Source: a virus. From it: a stretch of DNA of 64,000 nt. Location: the IMG/VR virus record IMGVR_UViG_3300036770_005084, positions 32,001 through 96,000 of that record. One strand, written 5' to 3'. The notes under the pieces are model-generated. The model made no database searches and had not been told where the DNA came from. It saw nothing but the letters and a program-made list of their open reading frames with translations. Both the position numbers and the translations under genes were made by a program. Within the stretch, counting starts at the first letter, position 1. Each line of letters begins with the position of its first letter. This document shows, piece by piece, positions 1 through 10,410 of this stretch.

Positions 1-2
1 GA

Positions 3-1190
3 AAACTTACATCAAAATATGAAATAACATCTACATCAAATATTGAATTAGATTCAACATCAGGATTTGAAGTATTTGAAAGTTCAGCAGTATCAGTTAC
101 AAATCCAGGTTATATTTTAATTTCCGATGAAGTTATTTCTTATACTGGTATTTCTGGAAACTTCTTAACAGGAATTCAAAGATCTAAATTTGGATCTCCA
201 GCATTAACTCATTTACAAAATTCAAGAGTATATAAGTATGAATTAAATGGAATTAGTTTATCAAGAATTAATACCACACATACAATACAAGATCCCGAAA
301 TAGATTCTTATTATGTTGAAATAACCGCAGCATCATCAATAAAATTCACCTCTAGTAAACTTTCTGGTGGAGATTCTTGTTATGCGTCAAAAAATATAAT
401 TTTCTCATCTATAGAAGGAAATAACGAGATTATTTCTAATTTTAATTCAACTTCTGTAAATTCATCAATTAGAACTATAAGTTCTAGATCATCTAGTGGA
501 TCAGAAACTGCATTTTTAGATAATGGGTATGAATCTATAGATATAAACTCAGAAAATATATTTACCACACTTAGAATGGTTTCATCGAGACCAAATGAAA
601 CCGAGTTCTTATCTAATTCTCAGTTTGTAGATAATAAATCTCTATTCTTACAATTGTCATTATCCTCATTAGACGACAAATTATCTCCAATAGTTGACTT
701 AAATAATTTATTCTTAACATCAAAATCATATAGAATCAATTCACCAATTTCAAATTATATTACAGATTCTAGAGTAAATTCAAATACTGATGATCCCAAT
801 AAATTTGTATATGTCTCTCAAAAAATCAATTTATCTCAAACTGCTTCTTCATTAAAAGTTTTATTATCTGCTTATAGACCTCAAGATTCAGATATTAGAG
901 TTCTTTATAAATTGTTTAGAAATGATGTTCCAGATGAAGATCAAGTATGGGAACTTTTCCCAGGATATGAAAATCTAGACTCTAATGGTCAGATAATCTC
1001 AGACTCAAATAACAATGGAAATCCAGACTTCTTTGTTAGAAATAGTAATGAAGATGAATTCTTAGAGTATTCATTTACAATTGATGGATTGCCAGCATTT
1101 AATGCGTTTGCAATAAAGATCATTGGATCCTCAACAAATCAAGCAAATTATCCAATAATTAGTGAGTTGAGAGGAATAGCACTTAAATAA
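3..1190 (+). CDS. Large virion structural protein, C-terminal part (5'-truncated by window; VrlC/DUF4815-like)
   Basis: Frame reads open from base 3 into the 576..1190 ORF; C-terminus FAIKIIGSSTNQANYPIISELRGIAL is typical of the cyanomyovirus protein preceding gp13. Confidence 0.7.
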   Translation, partial: KLTSKYEITSTSNIELDSTSGFEVFESSAVSVTNPGYILISDEVISYTGISGNFLTGIQRSKFGSPALTHLQNSRVYKYELNGISLSRINTTHTIQDPEIDSYYVEITAASSIKFTSSKLSGGDSCYASKNIIFSSIEGNNEIISNFNSTSVNSSIRTISSRSSSGSETAFLDNGYESIDINSENIFTTLRMVSSRPNETEFLSNSQFVDNKSLFLQLSLSSLDDKLSPIVDLNNLFLTSKSYRINSPISNYITDSRVNSNTDDPNKFVYVSQKINLSQTASSLKVLLSAYRPQDSDIRVLYKLFRNDVPDEDQVWELFPGYENLDSNGQIISDSNNNGNPDFFVRNSNEDEFLEYSFTIDGLPAFNAFAIKIIGSSTNQANYPIISELRGIALK

Positions 1191-1191
1191 A

Positions 1192-1419
1192 ATGAAATAT
1201 GCGAAAGTAAATGGGTATCCAAATTTACTCAGAGATTTGGATACTAATGCAATAATAAACGTGGACTCTACAGAGTCCACAAATTACGATAGACTGAAAA
1301 GGAAAAAAATATTAGAAAAAACTGAAATTAATAAAATGAAAGAGGATATTGAAGACCTAAAGAAATCTATCGATAAATTATCAACTATTATTCTGGAGTT
1401 TGTTAGTAATGAATCATGA
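1192..1419 (+). CDS. Conserved hypothetical protein (coiled-coil C-terminus)
   Basis: ORF; KVNGYPNLLRD..TNAIIN motif common upstream of gp13 in T4-like phages. Confidence 0.7.
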   Translation: MKYAKVNGYPNLLRDLDTNAIINVDSTESTNYDRLKRKKILEKTEINKMKEDIEDLKKSIDKLSTIILEFVSNES

Positions 1420-1582
1420 GAATCTTAAACTAGATAGCATAAACAAATTATTTGAATATGAAAAAATATCTAGGGAATTGGATACTTGCACAAATATAGA
1501 TTTGTTGAGAAATCTTTGTAAATGCTATGTGAAATTATATTTAAAACAACAAGAGACCTTATCATTTATTCTAAATAATTAA
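1409..1582 (+). CDS. Small helical hypothetical protein (weak NblA-like pattern)
   Basis: ATG at 1409 with GGAG at 1395-1398; 57 aa, two predicted helices. Confidence 0.6.
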   Translation: MNHENLKLDSINKLFEYEKISRELDTCTNIDLLRNLCKCYVKLYLKQQETLSFILNN

Positions 1583-1596
1583 AAAGAGAAACCATA

Positions 1597-2427
1597 ATGG
1601 CAAAACCAGCATCAAGACAACAATTAATTGATTATTGCCTAAGAAGACTTGGTGCCCCAGTTTTAGAAATTAATGTTGCTGAAGAGCAAATAGATGATCT
1701 GGTAGATGATGCCTTACAATATTTTAGTGAAAGGCATTTTGATGGGGTCGAAAAAATGTTTCTCAAATATAAAATAACAGAAGATGATATTGATAGAGGA
1801 AGGTCTAGTGGTGGTAGTATTTCAAGTGGTATAGTTACAACTACGGTTAATTCTGGAATAGGGACTTTTAAATGGGAAGAAAATAGCAATTACATTCCAG
1901 TTCCAGACACTATTATTGGTATTGAGAGAATATTTAAACTAAGTAGTACAACGATTGCATCAAATTTATTCAGTATAAACTATCAGTTATTTTTAAATGA
2001 TATTTATTGGTTTAGTTCTACAGAACTTTTGAATTACTATGTGACAAAAAGATATCTAGAAGATATTGATTGGATTGTAACCCCAGATAGACAAATTAGA
2101 TTTAATAAACGTCAAAATAGACTTTATATTGATACAAATTGGAATACTTTGAATGCTGGAGATTATTTACTGATAGAATGTTATCGAATATTAGATCCAA
2201 CAAATTTCACAAACGTATATAATGATTCATTTTTAAAGATGTATTTGACATCTTTAATTAAAAAACAATGGGGACAAAACTTAATAAAATTCCAAGGTGT
2301 TAAATTGCCGGGGGGAATTGAACTTAATGGAAGACAAATTTATGATGATGCCCTAAAAGAATTGCAAGATATCCAAGACAGGATGATGCTCGAATTCGAA
2401 TTGCCCCCAATGGACTTAATAGGATAA
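1597..2427 (+). CDS. gp13: Neck protein gp13
   Basis: LIDYCLRRLGAPVLEINV; QWGQNLIKFQGVKLPGG. Confidence 0.95.
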   Translation: MAKPASRQQLIDYCLRRLGAPVLEINVAEEQIDDLVDDALQYFSERHFDGVEKMFLKYKITEDDIDRGRSSGGSISSGIVTTTVNSGIGTFKWEENSNYIPVPDTIIGIERIFKLSSTTIASNLFSINYQLFLNDIYWFSSTELLNYYVTKRYLEDIDWIVTPDRQIRFNKRQNRLYIDTNWNTLNAGDYLLIECYRILDPTNFTNVYNDSFLKMYLTSLIKKQWGQNLIKFQGVKLPGGIELNGRQIYDDALKELQDIQDRMMLEFELPPMDLIG

Positions 2428-2428
2428 C

Positions 2429-3802
2429 ATGTTAAACCCATTTTTTCTACAAGGATCATTAACTGAGCAAGGTCTTGTTCAAGACCTTATAAATGAACAA
2501 TTGAAAATGTATGGTATTGAAGTATACTATATGCCAAGAGAAATATTCTCAGAAGGTAAAGTAATACGTGATGTAATAAATTCAAAGTTTAATAATGCAT
2601 TTCCTATTGAAGCGTATTTAGTAAATTATGAAGGATTTGATGCAAATAGTGTCATGATGAGTAAATTTGGTGTAAAGATTACTGATGAAATGAATTTAAT
2701 TATTTCAAAGGAAAGATTTGAACTATACATATCAGAATTAATAAAAGATATACCAAATATAAAAAATCCATTAAGACCTAATGAGGGAGATTTAATTTAT
2801 ATTCCATTATCTGACAGTTTAATGGAAATTAAATTTGTTGAGAATAGAAAACCATTTTACCAACTACAAAAAAATTATGTTTATGACTTGAGATGTGAAG
2901 TATATGAAATGGATGATTCTGAAATTAATACTGGTATTGATGATGTTGATGAACCAATGAAAGATCTTGGATATAATGCAACTTTAACATTATCTGGAAT
3001 AGGTTCTACAGCATCTGCATACACATCTATAGTAAATGGAGCAATCTATAAAGTTGATGTTATTAATGGTGGATATGGTTACATTTCTACCCCTAAGATA
3101 ATAGTTTCAGAACCATCTTCAGGATCTGTGGCAGAATTATCTGGTATAATGACATCATCAAGATCATTGGTAAATAAATTAAGTTTAGATGAGATTTACA
3201 TAAAAGATCCGGGTTTTGGTTATACAAATAATGATAAAGTATTGTTATCATTTTTTGGTGGTGGTGGATATAATATCAAAGTTTCACCAAAAATATCTAC
3301 AACTGGAAGTATAGGAGTTGTTACATTATCTTCCTCTGGATACGGATATGTAGATACTCCTACAATAGTATTTTCCTCTCCTGGGGTTGGTGTAACTGCT
3401 ACTGGATATGCGGTATTAGATGCGTCTGGAAGTATTGATGAAATCCGAATAACAAATGCTGGATATGGATATACTTCTCCACCATCAATTACAATAGGTG
3501 CAGGTACAACAATAGCAGAAGGTAGTTTTGAATTTGGAGAAAGAGTAACTGGATCTATTAGTGGTGCAATAGGAATAGTTAAAAATTGGAATTCACCACT
3601 AAAAACTTTAGAAGTTACCGGAACTGGGAAAGATTTTATTGAGGGAGAAAAGATAATTGGCAGTGATACAAATTCTACTTATATAATTAAAGAGTATAAA
3701 ACTTTTGAAAATAAGACTGATTATAATAACAATGATATTATTGAAAGTGAGGCAGATGAAATAATAGATTTCAGTGAAATTAACCCATTTGGAGATATTT
3801 AA
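2429..3802 (+). CDS. gp14: Neck protein gp14 (extended cyanophage form)
   Basis: QDLINEQLKMYGIEVYYMPR, RPNEGDLIY, C-terminal DFSEINPFG; internal GxGY repeats. Confidence 0.93.
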   Translation: MLNPFFLQGSLTEQGLVQDLINEQLKMYGIEVYYMPREIFSEGKVIRDVINSKFNNAFPIEAYLVNYEGFDANSVMMSKFGVKITDEMNLIISKERFELYISELIKDIPNIKNPLRPNEGDLIYIPLSDSLMEIKFVENRKPFYQLQKNYVYDLRCEVYEMDDSEINTGIDDVDEPMKDLGYNATLTLSGIGSTASAYTSIVNGAIYKVDVINGGYGYISTPKIIVSEPSSGSVAELSGIMTSSRSLVNKLSLDEIYIKDPGFGYTNNDKVLLSFFGGGGYNIKVSPKISTTGSIGVVTLSSSGYGYVDTPTIVFSSPGVGVTATGYAVLDASGSIDEIRITNAGYGYTSPPSITIGAGTTIAEGSFEFGERVTGSISGAIGIVKNWNSPLKTLEVTGTGKDFIEGEKIIGSDTNSTYIIKEYKTFENKTDYNNNDIIESEADEIIDFSEINPFGDI

Positions 3803-3816
3803 CTTTTAGTTAAATA

Positions 3817-3824
3817 TATAAATA
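3817..3824 (+). promoter_or_regulatory. T4-type late promoter TATAAATA (gp15)
   Basis: Exact consensus upstream of gp15. Confidence 0.8.
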
Positions 3825-3842
3825 ATAGGATTGGAGTTTAGT

Positions 3843-4697
3843 ATGCTTGGCAACTATTTTTACAACAAATGCATTCATAAGACTGTAGTTGCATTTGGAA
3901 CATTATTTAATAATATAAAAATACATCATTCAGATCAAAGTGATGTTGATGTTTCAATATTAAAAGTGCCATTATCTTATGGTCCAATTCAAAAATTTCT
4001 ATCTAGAATTGAGCAAGCACCAGACGGAAATAGAAGAGTAGCAACTACTCTTCCGAGAATGTCATTTGAAATGATATCCATTGAATATGCACCAGCAAGA
4101 AAAGCATCAGCAATACAAAAATTCAAATCTTCACCAAACTCCTCTGGAAATGAAATTAAAAATATTTACATGCCAGTACCATATGATATTGGATTTGAAT
4201 TGACAATTGTTTCAAAAATTCAGGACGATGCTTTACAGATAATAGAGCAAATTATACCATTTTTTCAACCATCATTTAATGTTACAGTAAATTTAATTCC
4301 AGAAATATCAGAAAGAAGGGACATACCAGTAGTTTTAAATAGAATTAATTTTAGAGATACTTACGAAGAAGATTTTACACAAAGAAGATTAATTTATTAC
4401 ACCTTAAGTTTTACTGCAAAAACTTACATCTTCAATGAAATTCCTTCCGACTCAGATGGTCTGATTAGAAAAGTTCAAGTTGATTATGCATCAGATGCTA
4501 TTAAAAATGCTAAACGTGAACTAAGATATACAGTAACTCCAAAAGCACTTGAAGATTACAATGAGGATGGAAATATTGATGTTCTAGATGATCCATTAGT
4601 TGAATATGGTGATGATTTTGGATTTAATAGTTCTCTAGAAGATTTTAGTGATTTTAAGACTTACAGTAGTTCTCAAGGTATTGACGTAGATATTTGA
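3843..4697 (+). CDS. gp15: Tail sheath stabiliser / completion protein gp15
   Basis: VAFGTLFNNI, VPLSYGPIQKFL, LPRMSFE, QIIEQIIPFFQP. Confidence 0.95.
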   Translation: MLGNYFYNKCIHKTVVAFGTLFNNIKIHHSDQSDVDVSILKVPLSYGPIQKFLSRIEQAPDGNRRVATTLPRMSFEMISIEYAPARKASAIQKFKSSPNSSGNEIKNIYMPVPYDIGFELTIVSKIQDDALQIIEQIIPFFQPSFNVTVNLIPEISERRDIPVVLNRINFRDTYEEDFTQRRLIYYTLSFTAKTYIFNEIPSDSDGLIRKVQVDYASDAIKNAKRELRYTVTPKALEDYNEDGNIDVLDDPLVEYGDDFGFNSSLEDFSDFKTYSSSQGIDVDI

Positions 4698-4699
4698 TT

Positions 4700-5104
4700 A
4701 TGGAAAATAATTATAAAAACATAGAAGATGCTTTAGACATTGAAACAAGCATAATAGAAACGCAAAAGGAAGAAATTACTGCCCCGAATGACCCTCAAAA
4801 AGATTATGATTATACTAGAGCAAATCTGTACAATTTAATTGAAAAGGGACAAGAAGCAATTACTGGCATATTAGAACTTGCACAAGAATCTGGTCATCCA
4901 AGAGCATATGAAGTTGCTGGTCAATTGATAAAATCGGTTGGTGATGTTTCAGACAAACTTTTAGATTTACAAAAGAAAATGAAAGATTTAGATGCACCTC
5001 AGAAGAACGGTCCTACAACGGTAAATAATGCTCTATTTGTTGGTTCTACCGCAGAATTATCAAAACTTATAAAGAAAGGTCTTCTAAATAATTCAGAAGA
5101 GTAG
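4700..5104 (+). CDS. gp16: Terminase small subunit gp16
   Basis: DYDYTRANLY, HPRAYEVAGQL, NNALFVGSTAEL. Confidence 0.95.
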   Translation: MENNYKNIEDALDIETSIIETQKEEITAPNDPQKDYDYTRANLYNLIEKGQEAITGILELAQESGHPRAYEVAGQLIKSVGDVSDKLLDLQKKMKDLDAPQKNGPTTVNNALFVGSTAELSKLIKKGLLNNSEE

Positions 5105-5123
5105 TATTTAAAGTTAGATATAT

Positions 5124-5408
5124 ATGAATAATAAAAAAACTTTTTCAGAATTTATGATTGAAGTTGCTGCTTGGCAAAGAAAAGAAGGGAAAAGTAAATC
5201 TGGTGGATTAAACGAAAAGAGAAGAAAATCGTATGAAAAAGAAAATCCTGGATCAGATTTGAAAGCACCATCAAAGAAAGTTGGGAATCCTCGTAGAGCA
5301 TCATTCTGTGCCAGAATGAGTGGGATGAAAAAAAAGTTAACCTCTAAAAAAACTGCGAACGATCCTAATTCTAGAATTAATAAATCACTAAGAGCTTGGA
5401 ATTGTTAA
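5124..5408 (+). CDS. Basic hypothetical protein with capsid-targeting-like N-terminus
   Basis: KKTFSEFMIE start; AWQRKEGK..RASFCARM..SLRAWNC family common in cyanophages; TAAATA upstream. Confidence 0.75.
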   Translation: MNNKKTFSEFMIEVAAWQRKEGKSKSGGLNEKRRKSYEKENPGSDLKAPSKKVGNPRRASFCARMSGMKKKLTSKKTANDPNSRINKSLRAWNC

Positions 5409-5411
5409 TTT

Positions 5412-7064
5412 ATGAGCAATAAGAATGTATATCTTGGTAATCCATTATTAAAAAAAGCAAATACACAAATTCAATTTACTGCAGAGCAGATTGAGGAATT
5501 TGTAAAGTGCAGAAAAGACCCGGTATATTTTGCAAAAAACTATATTAAAATTGTAACCCTAGACCATGGATTACAACAATTTACACCATATGATTTTCAG
5601 GAAAATTTAATCGAAAATTTCCACAACAACCGATTCAACATTTGTAAGATGCCAAGGCAGACTGGTAAATCTACAACTGTTGTCTCTTATTTGTTGCATT
5701 ATGCTATTTTTAATGATAATGTAAATATTGCAATTCTAGCAAATAAAGCATCTACGGCAAGAGATCTTTTACAGAGATTGCAAACAGCATATGAAAATCT
5801 TCCAGATTGGTTACAGCAAGGTATAGTTGCTTGGAATAGGGGATCCATGGAATTGGATAATGGATCTAGAATTCTTGCTGCTTCAACTTCTGCATCTGCA
5901 GTTAGAGGTGGATCTTATAACATCATTTTCTTGGACGAATTTGCATTCGTTCAAAATCATTTAGCAGATGATTTCTTTGCTTCCGTTTATCCAACAATTT
6001 CATCAGGAACATCTACAAAAGTTATTATTGTTTCAACTCCACACGGTATGAATCATTTCTACCGTCTTTGGCACGATGCAGAACGTGGAAAGAATGAATA
6101 TGTCCCAACTGAAGTTCATTGGTCAGAAGTACCTGGAAGAGATGATAATTGGAAAGCACAAACCATTGCCAATACTTCGGAACAGCAGTTTAAGATTGAA
6201 TTTGAATGTGAATTTTTAGGGTCAGTAGATACATTAATTTCTCCAAGTAAACTAAAAAGTTTAGTATATGATAATCCAATAAAGAAAAATAAAGGTCTTG
6301 ATGTTTATGAAGATTCAGATTCTGAAAGAGATTATGTAGTTACTGTTGACGTTGCTAGAGGAGTCGGAAATGATTACTCTGCTTTTGTTGTTTTTGATAT
6401 TACCGAATTTCCACATAAAATTGTTGCAAAGTATAGAAATAATCAAATCAAACCAATGTTATTTCCATCGGTAATATATGAAGTAGCAAAGGCATATAAT
6501 AATGCGTTTATCTTATGTGAGGTAAATGATGTTGGTGATCAAGTAGCATCAATTATTCAATATGATCTAGAATATCAGAATTTACTTATGTGTTCTATGA
6601 GAGGAAGAGCAGGACAAATTGTTGGGCAAGGATTTTCTGGGAATAAAACTCAGTTAGGACTAAAGATGTCGAAAACTGTCAAGAAAATTGGTTGTATCAA
6701 CCTAAAAACTTTGATTGAAGAAAATAAATTAATATTTAATGATTACGAAATCATCAGTGAACTTACTACGTTTATTCAAAGACACAACTCATTTGAGGCA
6801 GAAGAAGGATGTAATGATGACTTAGCAATGTGTCTTGTAATTTATGCTTGGTTAGTTGCTCAAGATTACTTCAAAGAACTTACTGATCAAGATGTTAGGA
6901 AGAGATTATATGAAGAACAGAAAAATCAAATCGATCAAGATATGGCACCATTTGGGTTTATTTTAACTGGAATTGATGATGAAACTCATTTCAAAGATTC
7001 TGATGGAGATGTTTGGTTTGCAGATGAATATGGTGATCGTTCTTATATGTGGGAATATAGATAA
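5412..7064 (+). CDS. gp17: Terminase large subunit gp17 (uninterrupted)
   Basis: PRQTGKST Walker A, IIFLDEFAF Walker B, nuclease DVARG and NDDL motifs. Confidence 0.98.
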   Translation: MSNKNVYLGNPLLKKANTQIQFTAEQIEEFVKCRKDPVYFAKNYIKIVTLDHGLQQFTPYDFQENLIENFHNNRFNICKMPRQTGKSTTVVSYLLHYAIFNDNVNIAILANKASTARDLLQRLQTAYENLPDWLQQGIVAWNRGSMELDNGSRILAASTSASAVRGGSYNIIFLDEFAFVQNHLADDFFASVYPTISSGTSTKVIIVSTPHGMNHFYRLWHDAERGKNEYVPTEVHWSEVPGRDDNWKAQTIANTSEQQFKIEFECEFLGSVDTLISPSKLKSLVYDNPIKKNKGLDVYEDSDSERDYVVTVDVARGVGNDYSAFVVFDITEFPHKIVAKYRNNQIKPMLFPSVIYEVAKAYNNAFILCEVNDVGDQVASIIQYDLEYQNLLMCSMRGRAGQIVGQGFSGNKTQLGLKMSKTVKKIGCINLKTLIEENKLIFNDYEIISELTTFIQRHNSFEAEEGCNDDLAMCLVIYAWLVAQDYFKELTDQDVRKRLYEEQKNQIDQDMAPFGFILTGIDDETHFKDSDGDVWFADEYGDRSYMWEYR

Positions 7065-7075
7065 AAAATCAAATA

Positions 7076-7083
7076 TATAAATA
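7076..7083 (+). promoter_or_regulatory. Late promoter TATAAATA (gp18)
   Basis: Exact consensus; AGGAG RBS downstream. Confidence 0.8.
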
Positions 7084-7119
7084 CTTTTAGATCAAAATGA
7101 AGCAGTTAGAGGAGTCAAA

Positions 7120-9735
7120 ATGGCTTTAAGCTTATCATCTCCAGGGATTTCAATAAAGGAAGTAGATTTAACTCAAGGGTCAGTAGAATCAACTTCTTCA
7201 TTTGCTGCAGGAATCGTTGCACCATTTGCCAAGGGTCCTGTAGGAGAAGTTATAACAATAAGAAATGAAAACGAATTATTAAATACTTTTGGATCACCAT
7301 CAACAGAGGATTACCAATATGAATATTGGTACTCTGCATCAAACTACATGTCTTATGGTGGAAATCTACGTGTAGTTAGAGCAGATTCTACAAATTTGAA
7401 AAACTCAAATGCTGGTGTTGCAACAGATTTTGTTTCATTAAAAATCAAAAATAATGATGAATATGAAGCAGCAACTTCATATTCCTATTATTGGGCAGCA
7501 AAAAACCCTGGATATTGGTCAGATGGTATCAAGGTTTGTGTAATTGATAATTTTGCTGATCAGGTATTATCCGGAGTTGTTACAACTGGTCTTGATGTTG
7601 GATATGGAGTAACCCAAGCATTATCTTCTGGAAGTGGACACCTAAAAGGTATCATAACTGATATTGGAGAAGGTAGTATTAGTGTTAAAGTTACAAATAA
7701 AGTAATATCTAATGTAGAAACTACTCAAGATTATACAGAAAAGGGAATCTATTCATTTAATACTGCAGAACCAGTTTATATTGGTGATAATCTTGGTGTT
7801 GGATTAACAGCAGTCTCAGTTACTAGAAAGGCATTAGGAACTAATAATGCAACTATAATTGGAGCAGGAGTTTCATTCAATCTTTTACATTACGTTGGTC
7901 AGACTGAAGTTCAACTTGCGGGCGGAGATACATTTTTATCTTCGGAAGATTCATTCACAGTATCAAGTACCGTTGGAATAGATACTGGAAGAGTTATTTT
8001 AATTGGAACTGAACTGTTTCACATTAATTCATTTACCGGAAATACCATTGCAGTAAGAAATGGTGGTACTAGTTACAATGGATATGGGACAACTCAGACA
8101 AATCACTTTGATGGAGATACTGTAAAAATATTTACACTTACCACAGATTATACAGAATCATCACAGTCTGTGACCGCTTCTGATACGGTAATCCCAATAT
8201 CATTCTTAGGTGTTATTACAACTGACGACTACTTAATCAACAAGTCTTCAAATGAGATTATAAAAGTTAATGTTGCAAGTAATGTTGGATCACTTTCACC
8301 AAGTACTGCAGATGATTGGTACAATCAACAGTATTTACTAAGTACTGCAAATGGTGATAAACAGAATATTCTATGGAGATCTGTTGCTCCAAGACCAACT
8401 ACAAATAGATATGTAACTGATAGAGGTGGCAATAATGATGCACTTCATGTTGCAGTCATTGACAATACCAGAGCATCAAATAATGCCGGAGCAACACCAC
8501 AACAAGTATTGGAAATCTTCAGAAACTTATCAAAAGCAAAAGATGCTCAAGTTTCCCCATCACAAGATGTATATTATGTAAAATACTTAGCAGAAAATTC
8601 AAAATACATTTATGCTGGAACAACTCTAGCAACAGACTCTTATTGGGGAATTACTGAGGTTTCAACTGCATTCTCTAGTGGATTCACTCCAATATCAACA
8701 TCTATTAGTGGTTGGGGTCAGGATTCACTAGACACCAAGTTTAATAGTATTGGTAATAAATCATTTACAATTAGAGGTGGCAAAGATTACTCAACAGGTC
8801 TTGGACAAGCAACAAACGTTGGTGGGTATTCTGTACAACTTAGTGACATTACTAATTCATTAGAACTTCTTGTAAATACAAGTGAAGTAGATTTAAACTT
8901 CTTATTACAAGGAAGTGCTTCCGGATCAGATGATTTTGAACAATCTAGAGCAAATGCTTTAATCTCAATTGCAGACAGAAGAAAGGACTGTATTGCATTT
9001 ATATCACCATATAGAACATCAGTTGTTAACTCTAATTCGGATTCTCAAAAATTAAACAATATTTTAGAGTTCTTTACACCTTTAACATCTTCATCATATG
9101 CAGTATTTGATTCTGGATATCAGTATGTCTACGATAGATTTAACAAGGTATTTACTTACATGCCATGTTCTGCAGATGTTGCAGGGTTGTGCGTAAGGAC
9201 CGATGTTAATCAGTTCCCATGGTATTCTCCAGCAGGTAAGAATAGAGGAGCATTAAAGAATGTAGTAAAACTTGCATATAATCCTTCTCAGGATGATAGA
9301 GATCAACTTTATCAAAACAGAATAAATCCAATCATCACATACCCAGGTTCTGGAACAATCTTGTTTGGAGATAAAACTGCTCTTGGATACTCTTCAGCAT
9401 TTGATAGAATCAATGTTAGAAGATTGTTCATTACCATTGAAAAGGCAGTACGTGGTGCTGCTGATGATCAACTATTTGAGTTTAATGATGCTACAACAAG
9501 AGCAAACTTTATTAATATTGTTGAACCATATTTAAGAGATGTTCAAGCAAACAGAGGAATTACCGATTTCCTCTTAGTTTGTGATGAATCAAATAATACC
9601 CCCGACGTTATTGATCGTAATGAATTTATTGCAGATATCTATGTAAAACCAGCACGTTCAATTAACTATATTGGACTTACCTTCATTGCTACAAGAACTG
9701 GGGTATCCTTTGAAACCATTGTAGGAACCGTTTAA
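7120..9735 (+). CDS. gp18: Tail sheath protein gp18
   Basis: SPGISIKEVDLT, PWYSPAG, FDRINVRRLF, FEFND, KPARSIN. Confidence 0.97.
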   Translation: MALSLSSPGISIKEVDLTQGSVESTSSFAAGIVAPFAKGPVGEVITIRNENELLNTFGSPSTEDYQYEYWYSASNYMSYGGNLRVVRADSTNLKNSNAGVATDFVSLKIKNNDEYEAATSYSYYWAAKNPGYWSDGIKVCVIDNFADQVLSGVVTTGLDVGYGVTQALSSGSGHLKGIITDIGEGSISVKVTNKVISNVETTQDYTEKGIYSFNTAEPVYIGDNLGVGLTAVSVTRKALGTNNATIIGAGVSFNLLHYVGQTEVQLAGGDTFLSSEDSFTVSSTVGIDTGRVILIGTELFHINSFTGNTIAVRNGGTSYNGYGTTQTNHFDGDTVKIFTLTTDYTESSQSVTASDTVIPISFLGVITTDDYLINKSSNEIIKVNVASNVGSLSPSTADDWYNQQYLLSTANGDKQNILWRSVAPRPTTNRYVTDRGGNNDALHVAVIDNTRASNNAGATPQQVLEIFRNLSKAKDAQVSPSQDVYYVKYLAENSKYIYAGTTLATDSYWGITEVSTAFSSGFTPISTSISGWGQDSLDTKFNSIGNKSFTIRGGKDYSTGLGQATNVGGYSVQLSDITNSLELLVNTSEVDLNFLLQGSASGSDDFEQSRANALISIADRRKDCIAFISPYRTSVVNSNSDSQKLNNILEFFTPLTSSSYAVFDSGYQYVYDRFNKVFTYMPCSADVAGLCVRTDVNQFPWYSPAGKNRGALKNVVKLAYNPSQDDRDQLYQNRINPIITYPGSGTILFGDKTALGYSSAFDRINVRRLFITIEKAVRGAADDQLFEFNDATTRANFINIVEPYLRDVQANRGITDFLLVCDESNNTPDVIDRNEFIADIYVKPARSINYIGLTFIATRTGVSFETIVGTV

Positions 9736-9756
9736 TTTTAACAGGAGATTAGAGCA

Positions 9757-10377
9757 ATGCCTAGATTTTCAGAAAGAACAATCGACAGTTTTAAAACCCA
9801 GATGAAGGGTGGTGGTGCAAGAAGCAACCTATTTGAAGTAAGTTTTGGTAAGGAGCAAGGTGGTACTACATCTCCTGTTTTGGAGAATCTTGGTATTAAC
9901 CTTGAAAATAGTGATTTAATGTTGATCAAATCTGCAGGATTACCAGCATCAACAATTACTGAAATTCCTGTACCATTCAGGGGAAGAACTTTAAAAATTG
10001 CTGGTGATAGAACCTTCGATGTATGGACTATCACAGTAATTAATGATACAGACTTTAAGTGGAGAAGATTATTTGAAAGATGGATGAATTACATCACCAA
10101 AATTTCAGATGGAAGTGGAACAACAAATCCAGTTGATTACATGACCGAAATGAATGTTGTCCAACTATCAAGAGCACCAGGTGTTGGTCCAAATGTAAGA
10201 AATGATGGTGAAATTAATGTACTAAGAAAGTATGTTGTTCATGGTGTATTCCCAACAAATATAAGTCAAATTGACCTATCATATAATAATGAAAATGAAA
10301 TTGAAGAATTTACAGTTGACCTTCAAGTTCAGTATTGGGAAGCATACGATGAAAATAATAGAGATGATATTATCTGA
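9757..10377 (+). CDS. gp19: Tail tube protein gp19
   Basis: GGGARSNLFEV, VPFRGRTLKIAGDRTF, IEEFTV. Confidence 0.97.
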   Translation: MPRFSERTIDSFKTQMKGGGARSNLFEVSFGKEQGGTTSPVLENLGINLENSDLMLIKSAGLPASTITEIPVPFRGRTLKIAGDRTFDVWTITVINDTDFKWRRLFERWMNYITKISDGSGTTNPVDYMTEMNVVQLSRAPGVGPNVRNDGEINVLRKYVVHGVFPTNISQIDLSYNNENEIEEFTVDLQVQYWEAYDENNRDDII

Positions 10378-10410
10378 TAAATAATACATTAAACGGTTCT
10401 AAATTACACA

